Source of the DNA: an uncultured Gaiellaceae bacterium
GTDB lineage: Bacteria; Actinomycetota; Thermoleophilia; Gaiellales; Gaiellaceae
Direction of reading: 5' to 3'
Assembly (NCBI GenBank): GCA_963833725.1
Contig: CAWHYV010000014.1
Location: 16,753-80,752 of the forward strand
DNA: 64,000 nucleotides
The notes under the pieces are model-generated. The model saw nothing but the letters and a program-made list of their open reading frames with translations, had not been told where the DNA came from and did no database searches. Within the stretch, counting starts at the first letter, position 1, and each line of letters starts with the position of its first letter. The position numbers and the translations under genes are program-made. This document shows positions 52,574 to 62,869 of this stretch, one piece after another.

Positions 52574-54263
52574 GACCCTACGGCAGCGACCGAGGGCATG
52601 TCGATGCTGTGCTCGCGCGCGGCGGCGAGCGCTTCCTCGTAGCCCGCGTCTGCGTGCCGGACGACGCCCATGCCGGGATCGGTCGTGAGCACCCGCTCGA
52701 GTCGCTCGGCCGCGTCGTCGCTCCCGTCCGCGACGACGACCATGCCCGCGTGGATCGAGTTGCCGATGCCCACCCCGCCACCGTGATGGACGCTCACCCA
52801 GGTGGCGCCCGCCGCGACGTTGACGAGCGCGTTCAGGATCGGCCAGTCCGCGATGGCATCGGAGCCGTCGCGCATCGCCTCCGTCTCGCGGTACGGAGAC
52901 GCGACCGAGCCCGCGTCGAGATGGTCGCGTCCGATGACGACGGGCGCCGACACCGCGCCTGAACGAACGAGCTCGTTGATCGCAAGCCCCGCCCGCGCCC
53001 GATCGCCGTAGCCGAGCCAGCAGATCCGGGCCGGGAGCCCCTGAAACGCGACGCGGCTCGGAGCGAGCTCGAGCCAGCGCTGGAGCATCACGTCGTCGGG
53101 AAACATCCCGGCGAGCTCGCGGTCGATCACATCGATGTCCGCCGGTTCGCCCGACAGCACCGCCCACCGGAACGGCCCGATGCCGCGACAGAACAACGGC
53201 CTGATGTACGCGGGAACGAACCCCGGATAGGAGAACGCGTCCGTCAGGCCTGCGTCGTGGGCCTCGCCGCGAAGGTTGTTGCCGTAGTCGAAGACGTAAC
53301 AGCCCGCTCGAACGAACTCGGTCATCGCCTGGACGTGCGCGACGATCGACTCGCGGGCCAGGCGGAGGTACGACTCCGGGTCGCGCTCGCGCAGCGCCGC
53401 GGCTTCCTCGATCGGCACTTCGGCCGGCACGTATCCCGTGAGCGGGTCGTGGGCGGCGGTCTGGTCGGTGACCAGGTCGAAGAGCTCGCCGCGCGCCGCA
53501 AGCTCCGGAAAGACGGTGGCAGCGTTGGCGAGCAACCCGACGGACAGCGGCCGACCCTCCGCGGCCGCCGTCCGCACGCGGGCCAGGGCGTCGTCGAGCG
53601 AGTCCGCCACCTCGTCCAGATAGCGCGTCTCGAGCCGCCGCTCGATACGGGTGGGATCGACCTCCACGCAGAGGATCGCCGCACCGGCCATCGTCGCGGC
53701 GAGCGGCTGCGCGCCGCCCATGCCACCGAGCCCCGCGGTCAGGATCGTCCGGCCGCTGAGGTCCGGCGTGCCGAAGTGCTGCTCGCCGGCGGCCGCGAAG
53801 GTCTGGTACGTGCCCTGGAGGATCCCCTGCGTGCCGATGTAGATCCAGCTGCCGGCCGTCATCTGGCCGAACATCGTCAGCCCCTCAGCCTCGAGCCGAC
53901 GGAACTCGTCCCAGGTCGCCCACCGCGGCACGAGCAGGGAGTTCGCGATGAGCACGCGCGGCGCCGACTCTGTCGTGCGGAAGACGGCGACCGGCTTCCC
54001 GCTCTGCACGAGCAGCGTCTCGTCCGTCGCGAAGGCGCAGAAGCGTCGCGCACGATGTCCTTCAGCGCGGCGTGGCTCCGTGCAGCTCGCCCGGTCCCGC
54101 CGTAGACGACGAGCCGCTCGGGATGCTCGGCGACCTCGGGGTCGAGGTTGTTGAGGAGCATCCGCAGCGGCGCCTCCGTCTGCCAGCTCAACGCGTTCAA
54201 CGTTCTGCCGCGGGGAGCGCGAATCGCGGTCGAGATCTCCGCAGAGCGCCTCGACCCTCGCAT
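52570..54263 (-). CDS. hutU: Urocanate hydratase (two frame disruptions 22 nt apart)
   Basis: The first piece is [63 protein letters not shown]...KDIVR. A short piece TLLRLRD follows in a second frame. The third piece is [15 protein letters not shown]...[21 protein letters not shown]...GGMGGAQP. The junctions lie at about 54047 and 54025. An alternative start is ATG 54287, which overlaps the hutH stop. Confidence 0.9.
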
Positions 54264-54281
54264 CGGTGACGGCCACGTCGG

Positions 54282-55812
54282 TCATGCGAGCGCACCGACC
54301 TCCGACTCGGCGGCCGCGACGATCTCCCCGGAGCGGATCGCCGCGGCGACGAGCTCGATGTCCGCGCTCAGCGACCGGTCGTCGACGAGGCGCGGCGACA
54401 TCGTCCGGACCACGTCGTGAACCGCGCCGACACCGGCGCCCGGCTGCAGCGGCGCGAGGAACTCGATCGCCTGCGTCCCGGCGAGGAGCTCGATCGCGAG
54501 CGCGCGCTCCGCGTTGTCGAGGACCTGGAGAGCCTTCAATCCGGCCGCGTTCCCCATCGAGACGTGATCCTCCTGACCCGCGCTCGTGGGAATCGAGTCG
54601 ACGCTCGCCGGGTGCGCGAGCACCTTGTTCTCGGAGACGAGCGCAGCGGCGACGTACTGCGGGATCATGAAGCCGGAGTTCAGGCCGCCCTCCTCGACGA
54701 GGAACGGCGGCAGGCCCTCCGAGAGTGTGGGGTTGACGAGGCGCTCGACGCGGCGCTCCGAGATGCTCGCGAGCTCCGCGACCGCCATCGCGAGCGTGTC
54801 GAGCGCAAATGCCAGCGGCTGCCCGTGGAAGTTTCCGGCCGACACGATCTGGTCTTCCTCGACGAGCACGAGCGGGTTGTCCGTGGCGGCGTTCAGCTCG
54901 ACAGCGACGGTCGCCTCGACGTAGTCGAGGAGGTCGCGTGACGCGCCGTGCACCTGCGGTGCGCAGCGCAGCGAGTACGCGTCCTGCACCTTGTCGCACC
55001 AGCGGTGCGATTCGATGATCGCCGAGCCGTCGAGGAGACGCCACACGTTCGCGGCCGAGTCCTGCTGCCCCTTGAGCGGCCGAGCACGATGAACCGCCGC
55101 CAGGAAGCTCGTCCGCGAGCCCTGGAGCGCCTCGAGCGAGAGCGCGCACGCGAGATCAGCAGTCGCTGCGAGGCGTCTCGCGCGAATCGACGCCGAGCGA
55201 CGCCATCGCCGCCATGAACTGCGTCCCGTTCACGAGCGAGAGGCCCTCCTTGCTCGCCAGCCGGATCGGCTCGAGGCCGACCTCGCGGAGTGCCGTTGTG
55301 CCATCGGTGCGGACCCCGCCCACCGTCGCGTGACCCTCCCCGACGAGGGGGAGCGCGAGATGGGCAAGTGGCGCGAGATCGCCGCTCGCACCGACGGAGC
55401 CCCGCGCGGGGACGAACGGCAGCACGCCGCGGTTCAGGCACTCGAGCAGGAGCTCGACCGTGCCGACACGCGCGCCCGAGAAGCCCTTCGCGAGCGCATT
55501 GGCCCGCAGGAGCATCGCCGCACGCACGACCTCGTCGGGGTACGGGTCGCCGACCCCGCAGGCGTGACTGCGGAGGAGTCGGAGCTGGAGCTCCTCGGCG
55601 AGCTCGTCGGGAATATGGGCCGAGACGAAGCGGCCGAAGCCCGTGTTGACGCCGTAGGTGTGCTCGCCCCGAACGCCGTCGACGAGCTCGCGGGCAGCGC
55701 GCATGCGCTCCCTCGCCGAGTCCGCGAGCTGCGCCGGCGCACCGTCGATCGCGACCCCCCACACCTCGTCGAGGATGAGGTCATCCCCCGTGAGGACGAC
55801 GGACCCGGTCAC
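54282..55812 (-). CDS. hutH: Histidine ammonia-lyase (one frame disruption)
   Basis: ORF 55156..55812 carries [10 protein letters not shown] and [17 protein letters not shown] (the ASG of the MIO cofactor). The ORF 54282..55046 frame, extended upstream, carries [21 protein letters not shown]...QDAYSLRC...NFHGQP. The junction is at about 55188. Confidence 0.9.
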
Positions 55813-56694
55813 TCCGCGAGTCTAGAGCGGAGCACATCCTCGAGCACACGCGACTCTTCGATGCCCGGAACGGCCACTCCGGCCGCTTCCGCGGCGCGCA
55901 GCACACGCGCGGGAACGAGCCCCACCAGCTCGCCCCCGGTCACATCCACGCCCCGATCCGTTGCCTCCGCGCGCACTCGCTCGACGACCTCGTGGAGCGG
56001 CGCGCTGTCCACGTCGATGACGTTCATGCTCACCTGCACGCGACCCGAGCCGGGAAGCAGCAAACCGATCGCCTGCACACCGCGCATGCCCCCGCTCGAC
56101 TCACGCACGGCCGCGGCGATGTCGCGGGCCACGTCGACGTCCGTCGGTCCCGAGGTCGACGTTGTACGCGACGAGGGCGCGCCGCGCTCCGATGAGGACC
56201 GCGCCGGAGCGCGGATCGATCCGGCGTGGGCCGTCGTCGGGATCGAGCTCGCCCGACTCGACGCGCCGTCCCAGCTCTTCGAGCCCACCTCGCCGGAAGA
56301 ACGACGGGCGCCTCCCTCCTCCGATCTCGCCGTAGCGAAAGACCGGGAGCCCCAGCTCGGTACCGACCCGATGCGCAAGCAAGCTCGCTGCCGCGACTGC
56401 GCGCGACATGTCGCCCGGTTCGAGCGGGACGATCGGGACGACGTCCGCAGCGCCGATGCGCGGGTGGACGCCGCCATGGACGCGGAGATCGATGAGCCGC
56501 GCAGCGGTCGCGATGCCGGCGAGCAGAGACTCGACGAGTCCGTCGTCGTCTCCGACGAGCGTGAAGACCGAACGGTTGTGGTCCGGGTCGGAGTGGACGT
56601 CGAGGAGCAGCGCGTGCCGCGCGAACTCCGCGCCGAGCGCGGAGATGACTCCCGGGTCTCGTCCTTCGGAGACGTTGGGCACGGCCTCGAGCAC
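55809..56694 (-). CDS. ftcD: Glutamate formimidoyltransferase (FtcD N-terminal type; one frame disruption)
   Basis: ORF 56101..56694 carries MLEAVPNVSEGRDPGVI...HPRIGAADVVP...LVAYNVDL. The C-terminus follows in the 55809 frame (GPTDVDVARDIAAAVRESSGGMRGVQAIG...). An extra G in the GGG run at about 56150 separates them. It overlaps the hutH start by 4 nt. Confidence 0.78.
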
Positions 56695-56714
56695 GATCCG
56701 TACCCTACGAAGCC

Positions 56715-58490
56715 GTGTCTGCGGACGAACCCCGAAGCGCCTCGCCGAGCGGCTGGCGCACGTTCGTGCGGCTGCTCGGCTTCCTGCGGCCGTATCGCGC
56801 CTCCCTCATCGGCTCCTCCGCTCTCGCCATCGCCTCCCAGATCGCCGGGATCCTCGTCCCGGTCCTCACGGGCGCCGTGATCAACGAGCTCAGCGGCGAC
56901 CCGGACACTCGCGTCCTCGCTCTCGAGGTGGCTGCGATCATCGTGCTCGGACTCGTTCGCGGCGTCCTGATGTACGGGCGGCGCGTGATCTCGGGACGGC
57001 AGGCGCTCGGCGTCGAGTACGACCTCCGCGACGAGCTGTACTCGCACTTCCTCCGGCTGTCGTTCGGCTTCTACGACCGAAGCCAGACGGGCCAGTTGAT
57101 GTCACGCGCGACGATGGACCTCCAGTCCGTGCGCTTCTTCCTCGGCTACGGCCTGATCTTCTTCGCACAGCACATCGTGACCATCGTGGTCGTCACCGCC
57201 GTGCTGTTCTTCTACAGCTGGAAGCTCGCACTCGTCGCGCTCGCAATCACGCCGGTCATCGCGCTCGCGGCGTATCGCTACAGCCGCGTCTCGCAACCCG
57301 TCCTCCGCGAGGTCCAGCAGGAGCTCGCCGAGGTCGCAATCGTCGCGGAGGAGTCCATCACCGGTGTCCACGTCGTGAAGTCCTTCGCGCAGGAGGATCG
57401 CCGCACGGAGCGCTTCGGCGCTGCGGCCGACTCCGTCTTTGCGAAGACCCTCGCGGCGAACCGGCAGCGTGCGATCTACGTGCCCCTCCTGAGCTTCCTC
57501 CCGCTCGTCGCGCAAGCTCTCGTGCTCCTCGCGGCAGGACGCATGGTGATCTCCGGCTCGCTCACGCTCGGTGCGTTCTTCGCGTTCAACCTCCTCCTCG
57601 CGATGCTCGTGATGCCGCTGCGCATGCTCGGCATGTGGATCGGCCAGGCGCAGCGAGCGATCGCCGCGGGCCAGCGCATCTTCGAGATCCTCGACGAGCC
57701 CGAGGAGGTGTCCGACGCGCCCGATGCACTGGCGCTTCCTGCAGGCCCGGGGTCGGTGGTGCTCGAAGACGTCTCGTTCGGATACGAGGACGAGCGCCTC
57801 GTGCTCGACGGAGTCTCGCTCGAGATTCCCGCCGGCCGGACGATCGCGCTCATCGGGCACACCGGCTCCGGGAAGACGACGCTCGCGACGCTCGTGCCGC
57901 GCTTCTACGACGTGACGGCGGGCCGCATGCTCGTCGACGGTGTCGACGTGCGCCAACTCGTCCGGCGATCGCTCCGCCGCGAGATCGGCGTGATCGCGCA
58001 GGACCCGTTTCTCTTCTCCGCGTCCATCCGCGACAACATCGCGCTCGGGATGCCGGATGCGCCGTTCGATGCCGTCGAGGCGGCGGCACGCGCAGCCCAG
58101 GCGCACGAGTTCATCCTCGAGCTACCCCAGGGCTACGAGACGGTCGTCGGAGAGCGAGGCATCACGCTCTCGGGCGGGCAGCGTCAACGAATCGCGATCG
58201 CGCGGGCGCTCCTCATCGACCCGCGGATCCTCATCCTCGACGATGCGACCGCCTCGGTCGACGCAACGACGGAGGCGAAGATTCGCGCGGGACTGCGGGA
58301 AGTCATGCGCGATCGGACGACGATCATCATCGCCCACCGCCTCTCGACGATCGCGCTGGCCGACGAGGTCGTCGTCCTCGACGGCGGTCGGATCACGGCG
58401 CGCGGCACGCAGGCCGAGCTGCTCGCGACGAGCCCTGTCTTCCGCGAGATCCACGAGCACGGGCTGCTCCAGCAGGTCGTGGCGGGATGA
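56715..58490 (+). CDS. ABC exporter, fused permease/ATPase subunit (type IV exporter fold, MdlA-like)
   Basis: 591 aa and intact. It has six TM helices followed by Walker A (GHTGSGKTT), the signature LSGGQRQRIAIARAL and Walker B (ILILDDA). Confidence 0.9.
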   Translation: MSADEPRSASPSGWRTFVRLLGFLRPYRASLIGSSALAIASQIAGILVPVLTGAVINELSGDPDTRVLALEVAAIIVLGLVRGVLMYGRRVISGRQALGVEYDLRDELYSHFLRLSFGFYDRSQTGQLMSRATMDLQSVRFFLGYGLIFFAQHIVTIVVVTAVLFFYSWKLALVALAITPVIALAAYRYSRVSQPVLREVQQELAEVAIVAEESITGVHVVKSFAQEDRRTERFGAAADSVFAKTLAANRQRAIYVPLLSFLPLVAQALVLLAAGRMVISGSLTLGAFFAFNLLLAMLVMPLRMLGMWIGQAQRAIAAGQRIFEILDEPEEVSDAPDALALPAGPGSVVLEDVSFGYEDERLVLDGVSLEIPAGRTIALIGHTGSGKTTLATLVPRFYDVTAGRMLVDGVDVRQLVRRSLRREIGVIAQDPFLFSASIRDNIALGMPDAPFDAVEAAARAAQAHEFILELPQGYETVVGERGITLSGGQRQRIAIARALLIDPRILILDDATASVDATTEAKIRAGLREVMRDRTTIIIAHRLSTIALADEVVVLDGGRITARGTQAELLATSPVFREIHEHGLLQQVVAG

Positions 58491-58581
58491 ATCGAATGGC
58501 GCACATTCGTGTCGAAGCCGTGTCCCACCCGTATGAAATTCGAGGTTATGCTCGCAGTGGGTGGTGGGCCGGGGTGCCCCG

Positions 58582-60407
58582 ATGGAAAGGCCCACTTTCG
58601 TGAAGGTCTGGCAGTTCGGCAGCCACCTCACGGACGAGCGCGGCGCCCGTATCGACGACTGGTCGTGGCGGCAGACGCGCCGTCGCCTCCGCGTCCTCCT
58701 ACGCCTCGCGCGGCCCTATCGCGCCCGAAGCGCCGTCGCGGTGGTCACGCTCGTCGCGTACACGGTCGTCGCTCTCCTCCCTCCGTATCTCGCAAAGCTC
58801 GCAGTCGACGACGGGATCGAGGCAAAGGACCTCCGCACGCTGAGCATCGTCGTCGCGGCGTTCCTCGCTGCCGGCATCGCCGCGTTCGTGCTCTCGAGCG
58901 CGCAGACGTACACCACCGGGTGGGTCGGCGAACGTGCGCTCGCCGATCTCCGCATCCAGCTCTTCACCCATCTTCAGCGACTGTCGCTCGGCTACTACGA
59001 GCGCAACCGCACCGGCGCGATCGTCAGCCGCATCACGAACGACGTCGAGGCGCTCGACCTGCTCGTCACGGATGGCATCTCGAGCCTCGTCCAGAACTCG
59101 CTCCTGCTCGTCGGCACGGTGATCGTGCTCTTCGTGCTCGACTGGCGCCTTGCGCTCGCGACGCTGATCGTGTTGCCGCTCATGGCGCTTGCGACCGCCT
59201 GGTTCCGCTCGCGGTCGAATCACGCGTATCGCCGCGTTCGCGAGAGGCTCGGGCTCGTCACGGCGACCCTCGCCGAGGACCTGTCGGGCATGCGCGTCGT
59301 CCAGTCGTTCACCCGGGAGCCGACGAGCCAGTCGACGTTTCGTGGCGTGAACGAGCGCTATCGCGAGTCGAACTACGAGACGGTGATCCTCAACGGGGTC
59401 TACTTCCCGGCGGTCGACATCCTCTCGTCGGTCGCGACCGCGATCGTGCTCGGGCTCGGAGGCTGGTTCGTCGTCGAGGGCGACATGACGATCGGCACGC
59501 TCCTCGCCTTCACGCTGTATCTCGGGAACTTCTTCGACCCCGTCCAGCAGCTCTCGCAGCTCTACAACACGTTTCTCTCGGCGACAGCGGCGCTCGACCG
59601 GATCACCGCGGTCCTCGACGAGAAGCCCGACATCGTCGACTCGGCCGACGTGCGCGAGCTTCCGCCGATCCACGGTCACGTCCGGTTCGACCACGTCCGC
59701 TTCGGGTACGGAGAGCTCCCCGACGTCCTGCACGACTTCGACCTCGACGTCCCCGCCGGCACGACCGTCGCGCTCGTCGGACACACGGGCGCCGGCAAGT
59801 CGACGATCGCGAAGCTCCTCGCCCGCTTCTACGACCCACGCGACGGGCGGCTCACGATCGACGGCACCGATCTCCGAGATGTCACCCAGGCCTCGCTCCG
59901 CAGGCAGCTGGGGATCGTCCCGCAGGAGGGCTTCCTCTTCGCCGGCTCCATCGCCGAGAACATCGCGTTCGGGCGGCCCGGGCGCGTCGCGGACGGAGAT
60001 CGAGGCGGCGGCCGGCGCCGTCGGCGCCGACGGATTCGTCATGGAGCTCTCCGAGGGCTACGACACGCAGGTCGGCGAGCGCGGCTTCAAGCTGTCGCTC
60101 GGCCAGCGCCAGCTCGTCGCGTTCGCCCGCGCACTCCTGGCAGATCCACGCATCCTCATCCTCGACGAAGCCACCTCGTCCGTCGACATCGGCACCGAGC
60201 GGCGCATCGATCGCGGCCTGCGGCGTCTGGTGACCGGACGGACGGCGTTCATCATCGCGCACCGACTCTCGACGATTCGGCGCGCGGACATGATCGTGGT
60301 GCTCGATCACGGACGGATCGTCGATATCAGGCACACACGAGGAGCTCATCGCTCGACCCGGGCCGTACACGAGGCTCTACGGAGACTGGGCGGCGGACGT
60401 CGCGTAG
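58582..60407 (+). CDS. ABC exporter, fused permease/ATPase subunit, partner of the upstream gene (two frame disruptions)
   Basis: ORF 58561..60432 carries the TMD plus GHTGAGKST ... NIAFGRP. ORF 59879..60424 then carries [12 protein letters not shown]...[15 protein letters not shown]...ILILDEATS...IIAHRL. The final piece is [26 protein letters not shown] with TAG at 60405. The junctions lie at about 59981 and 60326. Confidence 0.88.
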
Positions 60408-60441
60408 CGCCGATCCACGCGTGAGCTTCTAAGCTCACGAC

Positions 60442-61347
60442 GTGGCTCCCGATCTCGAGCCGGACGACATCGTCGAGGTCCCTGCGGCGGACGTCGTCGC
60501 GGAGGCGCGACTCACGCCGGCCGAGGCGATCCGCCCGATGCAGCTTCGCGTGCCCACGCGTGGGAACCGCAAGCTGCGCCGCGTCCTCGAGAACGTGAAC
60601 GCGGATTCGCAGATCAAGGCCTGGTGGCACGTCTCGAACGTGAATGCCGTGCTCCGGCTCCAGATCAACGACCACTCCTGGGTGCACATCCAGGTCGTCA
60701 CGAACATCGCGCTGCGCCTGCTTCGCCTCCTCGTGAAGCACGATGTGCAACCCTCGCTCCAACGCGACTACGGTTTGAGCGCGGACGACTCCGAGGTCGT
60801 CGTCGTCCTCGCAGCACTTCTCCACGACGTCGGAATGTCGATCCACCGACGCGACCACGAGGACTGGAGTCTGTTCCTCGCGGAGCCGAAGATGCGCCAA
60901 CTCCTCGCCGGCGTGTACGAGGAGCCCGAACTCACCGTCGTGGTGTCCGAGGCGCTGCAGTCGATCACGAGCCACCGCGCCGACGGCGAGCCGCTCACGC
61001 TCGAAGCCGGTGTCCTCCGCGTCGCCGACGCGCTGGACATGGCGAAGGGTCGTTCGCGGATTCCGTTCGAGCGTGGATCGGTGTCGATCCACTCACTCTC
61101 GGCTGCTGCGATCGACGAGGTACGGATCACGGACGGCGAGAGCCGGCCGGTGGTGGTGGAGATCGTGATGAACAACTCGTCGGGCATCTACCAGGTGGAC
61201 GGGCTCCTCAAGGCGAAGCTTCGAGGGTCGGGGCTCGAGCCCTACGTCGAGGTCGTGGCGCGCATCGACACCGAGGCCGAGAAGCGGCTGGTGCCGGTCT
61301 ATCGACTCGACCTCGGAGACCCCAAGCCTCCCTTGCCGTCCCGGTAG
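60442..61347 (+). CDS. HD-domain metal-dependent phosphohydrolase family protein
   Basis: 301 aa and intact. It has HSWVHIQVV ... AALLHDVGMSIHRRDHE (H...HD...D pattern). I cannot assign a more specific function. Confidence 0.65.
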   Translation: MAPDLEPDDIVEVPAADVVAEARLTPAEAIRPMQLRVPTRGNRKLRRVLENVNADSQIKAWWHVSNVNAVLRLQINDHSWVHIQVVTNIALRLLRLLVKHDVQPSLQRDYGLSADDSEVVVVLAALLHDVGMSIHRRDHEDWSLFLAEPKMRQLLAGVYEEPELTVVVSEALQSITSHRADGEPLTLEAGVLRVADALDMAKGRSRIPFERGSVSIHSLSAAAIDEVRITDGESRPVVVEIVMNNSSGIYQVDGLLKAKLRGSGLEPYVEVVARIDTEAEKRLVPVYRLDLGDPKPPLPSR

Positions 61348-61361
61348 ACTCGTACGGTTGT

Positions 61362-61432
61362 TGCGGGGTCGTCTAACGGCAGGACGCCCGGCTCTGGACC
61401 GGGAAGTTGGGGTTCGAATCCCTGCCCCGCAG
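61362..61432 (+). tRNA. tRNA-Gln (anticodon CUG)
   Basis: The cloverleaf was folded by eye. The acceptor is UGCGGGG/CCCCGCA with U1-A72 and G73, which is typical of bacterial tRNA-Gln. The anticodon arm is CCCGG-CUCUGGA-CCGGG and the T loop is UUCGAAU. No CCA is encoded. Confidence 0.85.
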
Positions 61433-61449
61433 CCTCGCCGCCTGTTGTC

Positions 61450-61480
61450 ACGAGCGGTTACGCTCGTAACACTCTTTCTT
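61450..61480 (+). terminator. Putative intrinsic terminator after tRNA-Gln
   Basis: The hairpin is ACGAGCG-GTTA-CGCTCGT, followed by AACACTCTTTCTT (a pyrimidine/T-rich tail). Confidence 0.45.
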
Positions 61481-61597
61481 AGCCATTTGTAAGGACTCGC
61501 GCGCACGCTCGTGGCGCGTCGGGTAACGTGCCTGGATCGAGAGACACGAGTGGCCCTGTGCGGGCTGCGCCCCTGTCCCCGTTCAGGAGGAAACCGT

Positions 61598-62197
61598 TTG
61601 AGAGCCCTATTCGTTGGCCTGTTCGCGTTCTGCCTCGTGACACAGGCCTCTGCGGCAGCGATGAAGGGAGAGGCGGCGCCGGCTCCCCGCAAGGCGAAGA
61701 TCGAGCACCGTGCACTCACGCTCGACGAGCAACTCGACCGCAAGGTCGTCACGCTCGCGAAGTACCGCGGAACGATCCGATTCTTCAAAGCTCACCGTTC
61801 GTTGCTCATCTCGGGCGAGCAACGCCCGAAGGCGAAGGCCTCACTCGCATATGCGCACGAGCGCGTTCGGCAGCTGACGGGGACGATCGCTGCGCTCCGC
61901 GCGAAGATCCGAGCACAAGATGCGCGCAGGTTGGCGAGCCTGCCCCCGCGCGAGGCGATCTGTACCGTCTTCGGCTCGCACTGCGACGAGGCTCTAGCCG
62001 TCGCCTGGTGCGAGTCACGCCTCCGGACCAGTGCGCAGAACGGCCAGTATCTCGGCCTCTTCCAGATGGGGTCGTACGAACGCCAACTCTTCGGCCACGG
62101 TCAAAGCGCACGTGACCAGGCAGTGGCCGCGCACCGGTACTTCGTGCGCTCGGGCCGCGACTGGAGCCCGTGGAGTTGCCGCTGGGCGGCGGCGTAG
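61598..62197 (+). CDS. Secreted lysozyme-like / transglycosylase-like domain protein
   Basis: TTG at 61598 lies 7 nt after AGGAGG, in frame with ORF 61511..62197. It has a signal peptide (LRALFVGLFAFCLVTQASAAA). The C-terminal part reads LAVAWCESRLRTSAQNGQYLGLFQMGSYERQLFG, with a catalytic Glu-Ser context as in SLT/Rpf-like domains. Confidence 0.6.
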   Translation: MRALFVGLFAFCLVTQASAAAMKGEAAPAPRKAKIEHRALTLDEQLDRKVVTLAKYRGTIRFFKAHRSLLISGEQRPKAKASLAYAHERVRQLTGTIAALRAKIRAQDARRLASLPPREAICTVFGSHCDEALAVAWCESRLRTSAQNGQYLGLFQMGSYERQLFGHGQSARDQAVAAHRYFVRSGRDWSPWSCRWAAA

Positions 62198-62204
62198 TCC
62201 TGCA

Positions 62205-62240
62205 GAGCCCGAGATCCGCTCGACCGTCGATCTCGGGCTC
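62205..62240 (+). terminator. Putative terminator hairpin after the lysozyme-like gene
   Basis: It has a perfect 12-bp stem GAGCCCGAGATC / GATCTCGGGCTC with a 12-nt loop. A CCTTTTCG tract begins 14 nt downstream, so it is not a textbook U-tail. Confidence 0.35.
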
Positions 62241-62333
62241 GCATCATCCCCGGCCTTTTCGTCGCAAACTGCACACGTGGGCGCCGCACGTGGGTGTCGC
62301 TCAGGCTCTCCATCTGGTAAGTGTGCGGGGAAC

Positions 62334-62543
62334 GTGTGGGGACAGCGGAAGCGCGACCGCCTTCGGCCCCTCGATGAGGCTGCTGCTTACGCGCGCTGTC
62401 ACGGCGACCGCGACGAGAACGTCCGCGTCGTGAAGCTCCCTCCGCGCCGCGTGCGCTACGAGACGGTGCTCTCGAGCGGCGAGTCGATTCGCCGCGACTT
62501 CGAGACGAAGCTCGACACCCGCGAGCCCGAGCCGGCCGCCTAG
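62334..62543 (+). CDS. Possible small hypothetical protein
   Basis: 69 codons from an in-frame GTG in ORF 62031..62543. The sequence is VWGQRKRDRLRPLDEAAAYARCHGDRDENVRVVKLPPRRVRYETVLSSGESIRRDFETKLDTREPEPAA. I recognise no family, and both the start and the coding status are uncertain. Confidence 0.2.
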   Translation: MWGQRKRDRLRPLDEAAAYARCHGDRDENVRVVKLPPRRVRYETVLSSGESIRRDFETKLDTREPEPAA

Positions 62544-62617
62544 CTCTTCCGGCGCGTTGCCTCGTCGCGTACGGCGCTCCGCTCCGCCGCCGATTCGCTA
62601 CCCTGGGCACCCGCCAC

Positions 62618-62690
62618 GGCCCATTCGTCTAGTGGCCTAGGACACCGCCCTCTCACGGCGGCGGCACGGGTTCGAATCCCGTATGGGCCT
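62618..62690 (+). tRNA. tRNA-Glu (anticodon CUC)
   Basis: The acceptor is GGCCCAU/AUGGGCC. The D arm is GUCUAGUGGCCUAGGAC. The anticodon arm is CCGCC-CUCUCAC-GGCGG and the T arm is CGGGUUCGAAUCCCG. No CCA is encoded. Confidence 0.85.
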
Positions 62691-62697
62691 TTCAGGG

Positions 62698-62732
62698 CCG
62701 CATAGCTAAGCGGATTTGGCTTAGTTATGCGG
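62698..62732. terminator. AT-rich 14-bp hairpin between the convergent tRNA-Glu and PD40 gene (possible bidirectional terminator)
   Basis: The hairpin is CCGCATAGCTAAGC-GGATTTG-GCTTAGTTATGCGG, with one G-U pair. It starts 8 nt after the tRNA-Glu 3' end. Confidence 0.4.
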
Positions 62733-62869
62733 GTCAGGTGTGCCGGAAGTGTCGTGAACGCTCGTGTGGTGCACACCCCCGTGCACACCCGGAGAAGACG
62801 GGCGAACCTCGGTGCCGCCGATCGAGGAGCGCGAACTCGAGGCGGGTGCTACTTCGTCTGCGCGGGCGA

